Shown: positions 43,725 through 58,769 of the stretch, piece after piece
Layout: each line of letters begins with the position of its first letter
Position numbering within the stretch: position 1 is the first letter of the stretch
Source: Eledone cirrhosa
Lineage: Eukaryota
Assembly: GCA_964016885.1 (NCBI GenBank)
Contig: OZ024743.1
Coordinates: forward strand, 292,454,001-292,518,000
Direction of reading: 5' to 3'
DNA: 64,000 nt
The notes under the pieces: model-generated
What the model saw: only the letters and a program-made list of their open reading frames with translations
Databases searched by the model: none
What the model was told of the DNA's origin: nothing
Translations under genes and position numbers: made by a program

Positions 43725-45182
43725 GTTAGCGTAGCTCCTACCGATTCAACATTTTGTTCCAGACAAGCAGTTGAAATGGATAGAGCTCAGCCGTCGGGCC
43801 CCAACTCTTTCTAATCTAGTCATACTATACTATCCCAAGTATCGAGTATTTTATTGAATAATGTTGAATATATATTTTTTTGTGTACGTGTGTTTTCTCG
43901 GATCAGAGTGTGCGTCGAAACTTACAACTGTGTGTATAGGTTTCTATTTACTTCTCTGTATTTGATAGTGCTTATTCTAGTCTTTAGCGTTTTCGGTGTT
44001 GCATTGAGTCGTGGAGCAAATATCCACTCGGCGGGTAAAAATGAACTCTAAGTGAGAGCTACATTAAGGGGACAAGTGATAAGAGATTGCTCAAACAATT
44101 GCACGTTAAAATGATAAAAACATTGTTCCGTTGTTCGAACGACTAGAACTGTCGTAGTCGTCGAAATAGCGGATGTCGAATATAAATATGTGTGTGTGTG
44201 TCTGTGTGAGTGAGTATCAATCTGAGTCATTTTTCGTGGTGTTACATTTGAATCCCTTCTTATATATACGCGAATGGCGTGTAACCGAATATATGTCTTT
44301 GTGTGATAAATGTGATACTTCTTATTTAAGTGTATGCGTGTTTTTTATTTCTTCATAAATTAGTTTACGAAATCTTTAGATCTGTTTGTTCTCTAGGTTA
44401 AAGTGAAAAAAGTCCGGCAAGGAAGCCTTTTATCTGGAATACGAAGCAGATCAAATCATGTTTCAACAAAGTAAACGATGATATTTATACAAGCATATGG
44501 ACACAAAAGATATATAGAAGTACAAACACACATACACACATGTACCTAGTTAGATAAAGTGACAGATATGTAGATAATAACTTATCATATATTAAGTTAT
44601 ATCGATTTGATAAAAAATAGATATGAACACAATGCGCATACATGCGTATATATATATATATGTATATATATATATGTGTATGTGTGTGTGTGTGTATGAG
44701 TGTGTGTGTATGTATATGTGAGGATGTGTATATACATATTATATATATAAACAGACACACACACATATATATATATGTATTTATATATATATAGTATATA
44801 TCATATATATATACATACATATACATATATATATAGTTGATAAATGTAATAAAGCAAATACAAAAATGTATAAAAATACAAATGCAAAAATAAAGTTATA
44901 TTCGGTTCACACATATATATATATATGTACAAAATATATATATTAATATATATGATATATATTTTGCTACACACTGTTGTTTTTAAGGTAACTATTGGCA
45001 ACATGACCCTCCCAAAGTATAACAATATGTTAGTATATATATATATATATATGTCTATATATAGGCGTGTATGTGTGTGTGTGTGCGAGAGAGAGAGGGA
45101 GTTTGTATGCGTGTGTAATCTAGTCGGAACTGGGGAGGCACGGCGTTAAAATTATACAATGAACACCTAATATTATATACAT

Positions 45183-45256
<74 letters not shown>

Positions 45257-45993
45257 ATTATATCAAATTTGCAATTGCATCGCAGCAACACAATCCGAAT
45301 GATTAGTGGTATCCCAATGGATGCGAGAGAAAATATTTCCATCAGAATAGACTCATACAATAATAAAGGTAAATGGCATGAAAAATATTAGAGTGTGTAC
45401 AAGCTAGCTACAATAATTTATCAACAACGTCAACAACGGGAGCCAGATGATGAGTAATACGTAAACAAATATGGATTTATTCCGATATAAATTTCCACTA
45501 CGTTTATGAGCATATCGATCCTACAATTGAGCTAAGTGTAACTGATTACAGATCCAAACTGCTTACATGCAAAACACGTGTTACGCGTAATATTCAACTG
45601 AAAACTTCACTTACTATATCCATTCTGCATATTACAGCAATAACAAAGGGTTGACGGTATTATCCTCACTTTTAATACTGAATTCAATTCAAGCCAATAC
45701 AAGTAAGCTTAGATAGACTTATTCCTTTCTAATCGCTACTGTGTCTGATGAGCAAATTGATCTTAGAATCATGCTCAGAGCTCCGAATTTGTGAACAGCG
45801 TGTTACGCATGATTATAAATAAAACAGAAGCGTGAAAGATAAAGTTGTCCTCGGCGAAATTTGAATTTAGAATGCAGAGATCCTGAATAAATATCCCAAG
45901 CTCTAGCTGTTTCGCCGAATTGACCACAATATACAAGCAAACACACTCATACACTCGCACGCAAATAAATAAATAAACATATATATGTGTGTA

Positions 45994-46055
<62 letters not shown>

Positions 46056-46086
46056 CATACATACATATATTAGAGAGAGAGAGAGA

Positions 46087-46147
<61 letters not shown>

Positions 46148-46479
46148 AGAGAGAGAGAGAGAGAGATCTGTAAATGAAAGATCAAGAAAATTAGTGATTA
46201 GTGCTCATTCTGTTACCATTGGTTTAGGGGTCCCCTAATTGGACCCCGAAAGCAATGGTAGCACATACATGCGAAGTGTATGAAACATTGTTTATACTAT
46301 ATATATATATATATATATAATATAAAACAAAAAATCAGTGATGCTTCTGAACTCAATTTATTGTGTGTTACAATTGTTTCGCTAGCGGACATCTCGAGAC
46401 ACGAATTTTCGGAGCAAATTCTTTCACCCCAGTGAAAGTATATATGTACATACGTACATATATACATAATCATACATAC

Positions 46480-47400
46480 ATATATATACATACATGATGG
46501 CTGCAATCTCTGCCAAGTGTATTGCAATCGCTTGTCAGATTCAGATGTGTGACGCTCGGATATGGCTTTTCAAGCCTGCTACAGACTTGCACTCCTTCAC
46601 ACACTGACGACAACTATGGATCTCCCTAGCTTGAGGTCCTGCATCAGGTTGCCCGTGAACTCTCACAACACCCATGTCTCAGATGCATACAGCAAAGCTG
46701 ACAGTACACATGCAGCATACACTCTCACCTTGTTCCACATTGTGATTCCTCGCCTTCACCAAAGACGATCGTTGAGCCTTCCAAATCACTCACTTGCCTT
46801 AATAACAAGTAGACTAACTTCTGCATCCAGAGAGCAGGCCACACTCAGAGTACTCACAAATACACAAATGTGTCAGCAGCCTTCAGCTTTCGACCGTATA
46901 TGGAGGTTCATTGAAAACTTCATACGGAGCAGGTTGGTACATGACAACAGTCTTCTTCAGACTGTCATGGTGGCTGCCAACTCGTTTTCGAATACGGCCA
47001 CTACTTTATATCCATGTAGGAGAACCCCTACCGATGCGCTGAACAAGTGTGACTTTTTAGTCCAGCCAGCGACTTGAAAACTCCGGTACAAACACTACAC
47101 TTGTGACAATTATTGACACATAGTGCTGGGCCCATGGTACCATGTGACGACAAGTGCAGAGAGGTCTCCAGATATAAAGCAATGCCTGTGCCGTAAAGCT
47201 TTTATAGTGAGCAAAGGCACTGCACAAAGCCAGTCCCACTCGCTTAACCAAGATGATATTTACCAAAAAGAAGAACAAGTCAACATCATTGGATACCATC
47301 AGGGTCGCAGATGTTATATCAGAGTTTTCCATCTCCTAGAATTCTGCCTTGACAAAGGCTAAGTGGTCATCTCTCCCGGTGATTTTAGATGGCCATTGAC
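46480..47400 (-). mobile_element. Decayed RTE-clade LINE fragment
   Basis: rc of 46670-46735 translates KVRVYAACVLSALLYASETWV, a typical RTE post-RT motif. Confidence 0.7.
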
Positions 47401-47524
47401 TCTCAGGAGCTCATTTGCCCTTTGACAGGTTTTGTTTTTAGTCTGACTGTCATACATACATACATACATACATACATACATACATACATACATACATACA
47501 TACATACATACATACATACATACA

Positions 47525-49522
47525 TGAAAGCTTTCGATTCTGTTCCCCACTCTTGGATGATAGAGGTCCTCCGACTTGCTAAAGTCCCAGGCATTATTAT
47601 CAGAGCCATAGAGAAGCTGTCTTCTTCTTGGGCTACTATCCTAAAGTTAAAGACAGAGAAGGAGGACTCTATATTCACTGATAAAATAAAATATCTCAGG
47701 GGTATATTTCAGGGAGACAGTTTCTCTGTGATATTATTCATCCTGTCATTAAACCCCTTGTCCTTTCTGCTCAAGAAATGTGAAGGATACATCATTGGCT
47801 CACATGAGGACAGAAATACGTACCTAACCCATAATTTATTTGTGGATTATCTGAAACTCTATGCCAAGAACATGGATGGGATGAAGAAAAATCTTGACCT
47901 GGTTACAACATTCTCAATGGATATAGGAATGGAGTTTGGCCAAGATAAATGCTCATATATGACTGTAAAGCGGGGAAAAACAACAACCCAATCTAGCAAC
48001 ATTTGTATCATTGGCCTAACTGTTTTACCAATATCTGATGAGGACTGCTACAGATACCTGGGGATAGATGAGAAAATAGCCTATAATGGTATCTGTAATA
48101 AGGAAAGCGTAACCAGTGTATCTGTACGCCCGATTAAGAAATATATGGACACCGGAACTCTCTGCGCAAAACAAAAGAATGGCTCACATTGTGTTTGCTG
48201 TGCCTGTCCTAACAGCAACTTTTGGAATACTCAATTGGACGATAGACTAAATCCGAGCGATTAATGTTAGAACTCGAAAAATACTAAATAACACCGGAAA
48301 CTTCCACTTCAACAGTGACATAGACAACCTTTACTTGAAACGTAAGCAGGGAGGCAGAGGCCTAACATCAGTCCAGACAGCATTTTAATGTCGTATCATA
48401 TCTCTCCGACAACATCTACGAAGCTCAAATCGCTGGAGCCCGTCTCTCGAGCAAGTCTATCTGCATGAAACAGATAAGATCATGAGAGTTGGGAAGGAAC
48501 TCCTCGAGAGGTATTGCCTGTGTGATAACCAAAATCTCACACCCAGGGATGTTGCTCAGCAGTATCGCAGTGAATCCATGGATGAAAAACCGCATGCTTA
48601 TCAGAAAAAAAAATGCATGGATATGTTGCCAGGAAGCTCCAGAGTGAGAGTAATATACATAAGGAAAGTAGTCTATCTTGGACCAACAACCGCTATATTG
48701 GCTCCCACTTTGAAGGATACGCTCTTGCAATCCAAGAACAGGAAATCAACACGAAATACCTGATTCACAAAAGAGATAGGGATGCAGGCAAAACACCTAG
48801 ATGTGATAATAAGTGCAGACTCTGCAGAATTAACATCCAAAATGTCACCCATGTCATAAGCAGCTGTCCAAAGATGTCATCGCGGTACTATCTACCTATG
48901 AGGCATGATGTAGTGACCAAAACACTGTACAATGCAATCCGTAGAAAAGATAGCCCCGATAATAAACACATTAAAAGCTACAGCAATGTGGAAGACATAC
49001 ATATACATAATCTGAAAGAGTACTGGTGGAATGTTCCCGTAAAAACGCCAATAAAATGCAGGCATAACAGACCAGATATTATGATAGGGCACAGAATTTT
49101 TATGCAGAACTGATGAGAAATCTACAGATACTCCACCTTGATTATACCTTCAGATGTATGCCTGTGATTATTGGGGCACTGGGATATGTTAGTGACTGCC
49201 TCAATACAAATCCTGAGAAGCTTAACAGGAACAGAAAGAACACAACTAGTTAGGAAATTACATGTACAATCGGAACAGTAAAAATATGTAAAACATTCCA
49301 AAGATTTTGCATCTAATATCTGCATATACACATGTACAGATAATAAGCATATACACATGCACACATACAACTCAAAACATACACATACACACATACAATA
49401 ACATCCATATCTATGCATACATATCTATCTAGTTGTGTAAATTCCAATGAGAGAGTATTTTGTCTATGCTAGTAACCGACTGTCTATTGGCAAAAATTTG
49501 TGAAATTATAAAACCGGAAGAA
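47525..49522 (+). mobile_element. 5'-truncated R4/Dong-like non-LTR retrotransposon (RT + CCHC + restriction-like endonuclease)
   Basis: [66 protein letters not shown]; (CATA)n on both sides. Confidence 0.85.
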
Positions 49523-50037
49523 CATACATACATATATATATATTTTTTCTATAAAAAATATTGACTTCCAAAAGTATATATTTCCATTGACTAATTTGTC
49601 ATATTCACATTTACTCTCCTATATTATTTCTTCCTCTTTTCCTCAAATCTACCACTTATCAACTAATTCTATTCTATTCCATTTCCCTTTGCCTTTTTAA
49701 TTAACTTTATTGATTTATGTCGTCCGCCTAGTTTTTTGTTGTTTCTTTCGCCATAATGGCTTAGCCACCATCCTTATTGCTGTGTTTATACCGTATATAA
49801 TGGCATATTACACATTTAATGCGTCATCTTATTTCATTTTATTTCATTATGATTTCAGTTAATCCTTTTGTATCGTATTAAAATAAAACTTATCCTCCTA
49901 TTACTTTCTAGTGGGATTAATATGCTTACTTATTTCCTTGATACGGTTTCGAAAAATATTTATTTTTATTTATTTTTTAAGAGGAATGGTTTGCATGGGA
50001 TATTAGTATACACACATTCATATAAATGCTTTTTTCA

Positions 50038-50072
<35 letters not shown>

Positions 50073-50221
50073 GAGTTCCCTGACTAGACTTGTTAGACTA
50101 ATGCTCCGCATAGAAATCCTACTAAAGAAATTAGAGAGTAACTATTTTATCCACTCGCCGTCGAAACGGCAAAAGCTCAGGCGCTGGGCAGTAACGGATT
50201 ACAATACACACACACACACAC

Positions 50222-50290
<69 letters not shown>

Positions 50291-51414
50291 TGTGCGTGTG
50301 TGTGTGTATGTATATATGGTATATTCAATAATTCCAGTAAGTGTGTTGGTTATTGGAGGTGGTACAAATTTTAGCACTCAATGCTGAGGTGAGGCAGAAT
50401 GAATAAATTAAATATAAGAAGATTGGGTTTCACATGAATGATTTTATTAGTTATCGACCTTGAGCCAATCATCTGTGAAACCTCGAGAATCAATAAAAAC
50501 ATTGATGTAAAACCGAATTATTTTCCTCGGATATTGTTTTCATGAAGGGATTTTATCCAAACTATAAGGATCATTAAACAACTGCAATGAAACTTCATAA
50601 AACTTTCTAATTGTATTTTTACTATATAATGCCTTCTTTGCATCGCTGAAGCCTTCTCATAGGACACTGTTTTCAACACTTTACACAATGCTTCAAACAA
50701 CCCATACTATCCTCATTTCCTTTCTAGGGCTTGCAAATATTAATGATATCGTAGTGACAAGATCATGACATAATTGTTTCTACTTTCGGCACAAGGCCAG
50801 CAATTACAAGTACATTACTGGAAACTTTATTTTATCGACCTCGTAAGGATGAAAGGCAAATTTAACCTTGGCGTGATTTGAAGTCAGATCGTAAAGGGAC
50901 GTAACTATGCTGGAAAGCATGTACAACCCTCTACCAATTCTGCCAATCAACCGCCCTCCACCGATCATGACATAATGAGCATTAAAAACTTAGCAAAGTC
51001 TAAGCTTTTTCCAGCTCTGAAAACAAGCGATTTCTTCAAGGAAAAAGGGTAAATACTAAGTGTAAAAGTAAAAGTGAAAAAATAGACAACCTGGTTACTA
51101 GACTAGCAATTTATTTCTAAAGCCAGATAGAGTAAAAGCAAAGAGGATTTCGGTGGGGCTTAAACTTATATTAATTTGCGGATTGCATGCAATACATTAA
51201 CAGAGAAGTACACAAATATACTCAAATCAAGATGCACAATTATATTTATATGTGCAAAGAACCGGTACGAATCCTGAAGAGAATTCTATCCGACATGCCA
51301 GGTAATCTTTCGAATCACAATCTATATGCATCTATGTATATATATGTACGTGCGTATGTATGCATGAGTATATTTTATGTATATATGTATGTTTGGAGAT
51401 ATGTAGGTATGTTC

Positions 51415-51465
<51 letters not shown>

Positions 51466-51492
51466 CAAATATATATATATATATATATATAT

Positions 51493-51523
<31 letters not shown>

Positions 51524-51584
51524 CAAATATATATATATATATGCAAATATATATATATATATGTATATACAAATATATATACAA

Positions 51585-51617
<33 letters not shown>

Positions 51618-51692
51618 CAAATATATATATATATATATATATTTGTATGTATGTGTGTATGAATTGAATGTATGTTTGTTTTATGTACCACT

Positions 51693-51791
<99 letters not shown>

Positions 51792-53049
51792 GTGCGCGCA
51801 CACGCGCGATGTTTGAATTTATCTACGTATGAGTTTGTGTTCAGATGCATAAGCTGTTCTCCACTCTCAACTGTTCGATATGAGAAAAACTAATATTAAC
51901 TGACAGCTGTATCATATTCCATCCACGTTACCGAATAAGAAGAAAGAGGAATCCCAACAACATTAGGAATCTATAGGAAAATGAACGTTTGAAGCCAAAT
52001 AGTGAAATACAAGTAACCGATATCCAATACTGGTCCACGTATACGGATTCTAGGAAAACTGTTGTGTACAAACGATGACACATTTTCAGAAGTGTATATT
52101 GTACGATTTTGCTATATCCGCTCTCCTCCTTCTACAAACTTTCTTACCGATATCTTTCTAATATTTCATATCTGTAACATGCAAAATATATACAGAGACA
52201 TCATATACATAGATATCTTATATATATAATTATATATATGTGTATATATATATATATATCATATATATGTGTGTGTGTATGCGTGTGTGTGTGTGTGTGT
52301 ATGTGTGCGTGTGTGTGCGTGTGTGTGTGTATGTGTGCGTGTGTGTGACGCAATACGCGTATCCATTTTATGTAGGTAAATTTACGTTTGTGTAAAATGA
52401 ATATTCGTAACAATGTAATACATCTTCGAATTTCAATATATTTTGCCTAGTACACTGATCACATTATATATATATATATTTGTGTGGGCGTGTGTATGTA
52501 TATGAGGGTGTCTCTGGGTCTTTGTGTGCGTGTATATGTCGGTGCATGTATGTGTGTTTGTGCCTGTATCTGTGCATATGCATGTGTGTATGTGCTTTCC
52601 TGTGTCTCTGCGTCTTTATGTGCGTGTGTCTTGTGTGAACAGACAATGGAAAAATGGATCCAAACAGACTCACGAACAAACCCCTATGCCATTGACTGTT
52701 CCCTGGAGATCACTAATATTTCGCTATATTAAGAATTGAATTCTTACCTCCATTACCCGAGAGATGGCTACAGACGACAGAACGGCAACGTAGAATAAAA
52801 AGATACGATGATGGCTTTAGTCAATTACAGGCATGGGCAATTTTTTTCCGAACAGTGGGCCGCATAGGATGCGGTTCATCATTTGGCAAACCGCACTAAT
52901 AAAAATTTCAAGTCTATATTGAAATTAGCGAACCATTCAGAAAGCCAAACGCGCCACATGCCAGCTACCAGGCTGCAGCCTGCAAATGACCGGACATGAA
53001 AACAATGCCAAACGTATACGGTATAGCAACACAATATCCTATGATGACA

Positions 53050-53157
<108 letters not shown>

Positions 53158-53319
53158 GGGGGGGGTATGTGTTTGTGTGTGCGCGTGTGTCTCTCTGTCT
53201 GTGTGTCTGTGTGTACGTGATTATGTGTCTGTTCGTGTATGTCACAATATTTCTTCGAATGTTTGAAAGCTCAATGAAGGGAATACGTGATAGATAAGGT
53301 TGTGCATTGGACGAAATTG

Positions 53320-53447
<128 letters not shown>

Positions 53448-53528
53448 CCAAAGTATCGTCTTCCTGTCTTCCTCCGGTTGCAACGTTTTTTGAAATATCC
53501 ACTTCTGCGTTTACAGATTGACTTTGTT

Positions 53529-53579
53529 AGTTTCAGAAGATCCCGTTAAGGGTGAAAGCACCGATTCTTTGCTTAAACT
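53529..53579 (+). ncRNA. Hammerhead fold with U4>A core (family 9)
   Basis: agttt-CAGAAGA-t-ccc-gttaa-ggg-t-GAAA-gca-ccgattctt-tgc-TT-aaact; all three stems pair. Confidence 0.6.
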
Positions 53580-53995
53580 TTAATCTGTTATTTTAATAGA
53601 TATTTGCTCTACGGTTCTTATATATTTGATATATATTTATCCTTATCGAGCCCTCTTTGGATTTTAGTCTTCAAATTTATTATTATTACTATATATATAT
53701 ATATACATATACATCCAGTCCAATCCAATCCAATCCAGGGTTTTCTCGTTGTTTGATCTTGGTCCTGCTATAGGTGTAGCCGTACTCACCACGCTTGGCG
53801 AATTGCAATTGGGTGAGGTTATTTAATCCATAATTGTTGTGAATGGCCGTTAATACTGAGGAGTATGTTTCCAGTTGTTATCTATTGTGCTGCTGCTGGG
53901 TTTCGACTTACTCTTCTGAAAAGACCAGTGTATCTAATGGAGGAGCAGGTCGTACGGGGTTGATATGGTACGAATGACAGGCAGAGGCTTGACCT

Positions 53996-54084
<89 letters not shown>

Positions 54085-54711
54085 AGGAAGTTTAGTAAAA
54101 TCGATGTTTTGGCTGCGGCCAAGATAACGATATACAATTAAGAATGTGTAGCAAGGCACTCGATAAGGTTGTAGGCCTCAGAGTAATAACATACGTTTAG
54201 ACAGCTTGACAAATTGAAAATTGTGGTAGGTAAGCCTAGCCACATAATACCAAATCAACGAAAAAAACAATCAGGTTAGACAACTGATCTGTACCAAATC
54301 GAACGATATTATGCAATTCGTCCGATAGGTTTCTATGAAATACGATATCAACAATCGTACTTGCGCAATATGCAAGTTAGTGTTATTCGATGATCGAACT
54401 GTGGACACACGTTATCAACAGTTTTCCGTTCTATGCCTCAAGCCGGTTTGAAGTGTAGCAGTGAAGTGCTACCGTTGGCAGCAGTCAATGTTTCACTGTC
54501 ACGTGTTTTTTCCAACAAGGGAAGAAACCCCTTGTTTTTGGCAAGCAAATTTAAAAAGTGAACAAAGGAATCAATTCCGTTCCCAAATCCACATGAGAAG
54601 CTCTCGACTAGACGTTATCAAACATACATAAATAATTAACCAATCAATGGAATTGTCTAATTAAATTAATTAACCAATTATTAGGTATATATATATATAG
54701 GAACAAGTATG

Positions 54712-54807
54712 ACCCCGACGGCAGAGCTCAAGCGGTTTCGACGGCTAATTTCTGGACTAAATAAGAATTTTAAGCCTGGTAAATAAATAGGCGAACTTCT
54801 CAGGGGT
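54712..54807 (-). ncRNA. Hammerhead-like motif (family 8)
   Basis: Reverse-complement homolog of 55113-55207. Confidence 0.5.
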
Positions 54808-55112
54808 TAATTCCTTATATGGGAAGATAGTAATTGTCCAAAGCGATTGGTAAAAAATTTGTTGTAAAGAAAGATGATTCTATCATGGCATTCGGTGGGA
54901 GATAGGGGTAGTTGAACTTGCCGGTAGAACAAAGAGGGTGTGTGGGAAACCCAGTCAACGCTTGACTGGGTTTCCCCCACTCCCTCTTTGTTCTACCGGC
55001 AAGTTCAGCTACCCCTACCTCCCACCAAATGCCATGATAGAATCATCTGTCTTTACAACAAATATTTGACCAATCGCTTTGGACAATTACTATCTTCCCA
55101 TATAAGGAATTA

Positions 55113-55207
55113 ACCCCTGAGAAGTTCGCCTAATTATTTACCAGGCTAAAAATTCTTATTTAGTCTAGAATTAGCCGTCGAAACGGCTTGAGCTCTGCCG
55201 TCGGGGT
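55113..55207 (+). ncRNA. Hammerhead-like motif with A8 core (family 8)
   Basis: accc-CTGAGAA-gttcgccta..tagccgtc-GAAAC-ggc-ttgagctct-gcc-GTC-ggggt. Confidence 0.58.
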
Positions 55208-55298
55208 CATACTTGTTCCTATTAAACACTCTACTACCGTAAGTATTGAGTAATTTGGTGCATTATGGTCCATCTGGTTCCCTACCACATTTCCTTCG

Positions 55299-55384
<86 letters not shown>

Positions 55385-55475
55385 ATATATATATATATAT
55401 GTACATTATGAAGAGAGAAGAAACATTTAGATATAATTAGTAATAAAATGTATCATACCTAAACTGTTCCTAAAT

Positions 55476-55563
55476 TCCTCGACTACGTAGTTTCGTGGCA
55501 TAAACAAAAACAATATATCAAAGATATAGAGTCCTTGCGAGGTCTGCCGACTTATCAAGAGGA
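55476..55563 (-). ncRNA. Hammerhead, U3:A8 core variant (family 10)
   Basis: rc: tcctc-TTGATAA-gtcggca..tgccac-GAAAC-tacgta-GTC-gagga; perfect 5-bp stem I. Confidence 0.82.
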
Positions 55564-56066
55564 TACCTCATTTTACTAGTCTCAAGAACGCGTCTACACG
55601 ACGTGAGAAAGGATCCCAAAAGGCGGAGGGGGAGATAGTCACGCGATATAACGGTCGAGAAACAGAGCTAAGCCTCTTATAACCACGAAGAAAATACCAC
55701 GGAGGCGGAGGGGGTATTCATATCGAGGCCGCAGAAGAGGTAGTGAAGAAGGCGAGAAGTATGAGTAATGGAAGCTTTCCAGTTGTCCCCACACTTCAAA
55801 GATTGCTCGACCAGAGGGAGTTATTAATATATTTAGAAACACAAAGATACATGCGGACACACACATATATACATGAATGCATCCGCACCCAACTGTGAGT
55901 TAAGGGTGCCAACTTCACCGATGTTGCTCAATGAATGACTGGGACAGACCAATTCAGTTTGAACTAGACTGAACCAGTATCAGAGATAAAAATACATTAT
56001 GAAGAGAGAAGAAACATTTAGATATAATTAGTAATAAAATGTATCATACCTAAACTGTTCCTAAAT

Positions 56067-56154
56067 TCCTCGACTACGTAGTTTCGTGGCATAAACAAAA
56101 ACAATATATCAAAGATATAGAGTCCTTGCGAGGTCTGCCGACTTATCAAGAGGA
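56067..56154 (-). ncRNA. Hammerhead, U3:A8 core variant (family 10)
   Basis: Identical copy 591 bp away. Confidence 0.82.
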
Positions 56155-56228
56155 TACCTCATTTTACTAGTCTCAAGAACGCGTCTACACGTGTGTTTCT
56201 AAATATATATATGTATGTATATATGTAA

Positions 56229-56322
<94 letters not shown>

Positions 56323-56801
56323 TTACAAAATTTACACTTACTGAATTTTTTCGCCAAATATAGGGGTTACCTCCCTTGCTGGACTACACGTGCGTCCAGT
56401 AACAGGTCCCCCTGTATTTTGGAACGAAACATCCGTTGAGAAAGCAGTTTCCACGTTCATCTCTTTACTAGAAGTCAGATATTTTTTATGTGAGCTGACA
56501 GTAATTGATTAAGAAACTGCAGAAACCCCAAAAGCTAGAATTTAACATCCTTCTAGCGGGTCCGGGTTAGTTTTTACATTCATTTAATTTATTAATTTAT
56601 TAATTTTTTATTTGAGTGACCCGAATTTTCCTGGTCATTTTTTTTCGGCTGTGCGAATGATCCTAGGCATCGTCTTTATGTGTTGGTATTTTAACGATAG
56701 TTATAGCTCTGGTTCATCCAAACTATTGAGCCCTCTGCCATACATGTCGATGTTTGTTTATCGTTATTTCATGGGCCGAAATTCTGATTCTCGATTATTT
56801 A

Positions 56802-56889
<88 letters not shown>

Positions 56890-56940
56890 TATGTATGTAT
56901 ACGTACATACATATATGTATACAGACCTACAGTAGCATGC

Positions 56941-56976
<36 letters not shown>

Positions 56977-57133
56977 ATACATACAGGTACACATACATAT
57001 ATGTACGTATCAGTTTAGCGGACGTTTATTATAACGCCCGCTTTGTCCGTTTGTAAACAAACTGACAGCCTGAAATTATGCCGTGCGGTGTTAAGGCAAC
57101 CACGTCACCTTTTTGTTCAACACTGACACAGGA

Positions 57134-57176
57134 ACGATGTACTAGTTTCAAGCTTCTTAGCTATCATCAGCACCGT
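57134..57176 (-). ncRNA. Minimal type I hammerhead (family 11)
   Basis: Exact reverse complement of 57621-57663. Confidence 0.82.
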
Positions 57177-57326
57177 ATACCCTTCTGTATACGTTCCTGT
57201 GTCAGTGCTGAACAAAAAGGTGACGTGGTTGCCTTAACAATGTACGCCATAATTTCAGGCTGTCAGTTTGTTTACAAACGGACAAAGCGGGCGTTATAAT
57301 AAACGTCCGCTAAACTGATACGTACA

Positions 57327-57384
<58 letters not shown>

Positions 57385-57620
57385 TGCTACTGTACGTCTG
57401 TATACATATATGTATGTACGTATACATACATACTTACATTTAAGTAAGTGCCGTACTAAGAGTGAGAAATGAAATTTCGTTTTCATTTTATTACAACTTA
57501 TCGTTTTCGGTGCGCCTGGCCGACTGAATTCACTCGATATGCAAATTAGGCTGCTCAGCCGTTAATTTTCATAAGGAAAGTATATGCTTTCGAACGTTCA
57601 ACCATCTGGCAGAAGGGTAT

Positions 57621-57663
57621 ACGGTGCTGATGATAGCTAAGAAGCTTGAAACTAGTACATCGT
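57621..57663 (+). ncRNA. Minimal type I hammerhead (family 11)
   Basis: acggtg-CTGATGA-t-agct-aaga-agct-t-GAAAC-ta-GTA-catcgt. Confidence 0.85.
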
Positions 57664-57813
57664 TCCTGTGTCAGTGTTGAACAAAAAGGTGACGTTGTTG
57701 CCTTAACACCGTACGGCATAAATTCAGGCGGTCAGTTTGTTTACAAACGGACAAAGCGGGCGTTATAATAAACGTCCGCTAAACTGATACGTACATATAT
57801 GTATGTGTACTTG

Positions 57814-57879
<66 letters not shown>

Positions 57880-57987
57880 TGCTACTGTACGTCTGTATAC
57901 ATATATGTATGTAGGTATACATACATACTTACATTTAAGTGCAGTTCTAAGAGTGAGAAATGAAATTTCGTTTTCATTTTATTACAA

Positions 57988-58060
<73 letters not shown>

Positions 58061-58119
58061 ATGTGTACATATATATGTACATATATATATATAAGTGTGT
58101 GTAGTGTATAAAGACAGAC

Positions 58120-58211
<92 letters not shown>

Positions 58212-58215
<4 letters not shown>

Positions 58216-58674
58216 AAACATAGATATATATGTATGGAACATACATATATTTATACGTACATAAATACATACATACATGCAATATGTTTATAATCGTATA
58301 TATAGACACTGTTTATGCAAATAAGCTAACGTCCATTTGGGATCAGAGGGATGACTCATATTTTGAGACATTGCTGTAATTACTTCTCTCTATGCAATAA
58401 TATATATAAGTAAATACACAGATAAGTCAACAAAAGTGATGTGGTATACGACTTTCATGAATTTCTCGGTTTTTACCGAATCTTTATCCACGCGTAAACA
58501 ACTATTTCGAATATGTAAACAGGTAAACATCGATTAATCCCAAAATAATCATAGATAATTGAAATTAACATTGAAATTAAATTTGTTGCTGCAGTGTTTT
58601 AAATATACACGCACACACACACATATATATATATATACACACACACAACACACACACACACACACACACACACA

Positions 58675-58769
<95 letters not shown>

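Larger units (their letters stand above)
54698..55280. mobile_element. Palindromic pair of family 8 pLTRs
   Basis: 54698-54958 is the rc of 54962-55221; tail 55222-55280 on the + arm only; homologous to 42925-43220 and 59010-59320. Confidence 0.85.
55402..56200 (-). mobile_element. Retrozyme-like element: two apparently identical ~200-bp direct repeats, each with an HHR, 591-bp period
   Basis: 55402-55600 equals 55993-56191; non-coding spacer; (TA)n flanks. Confidence 0.85.
56885..57992 (+). mobile_element. Non-coding HHR element: partial tandem plus inverted arm (family 11)
   Basis: 56885-57187 is the rc of about 57610-57915; 57192-57500 is a direct partial copy of 57661-57992. Confidence 0.8.

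Noticed and set aside
45740-45785. CTGATGA followed by a hairpin
   Set aside because: No GAAA..UH half.
46562-47077. 171-aa plus-strand ORF
   Set aside because: Antisense shadow of the minus-strand RTE relic.
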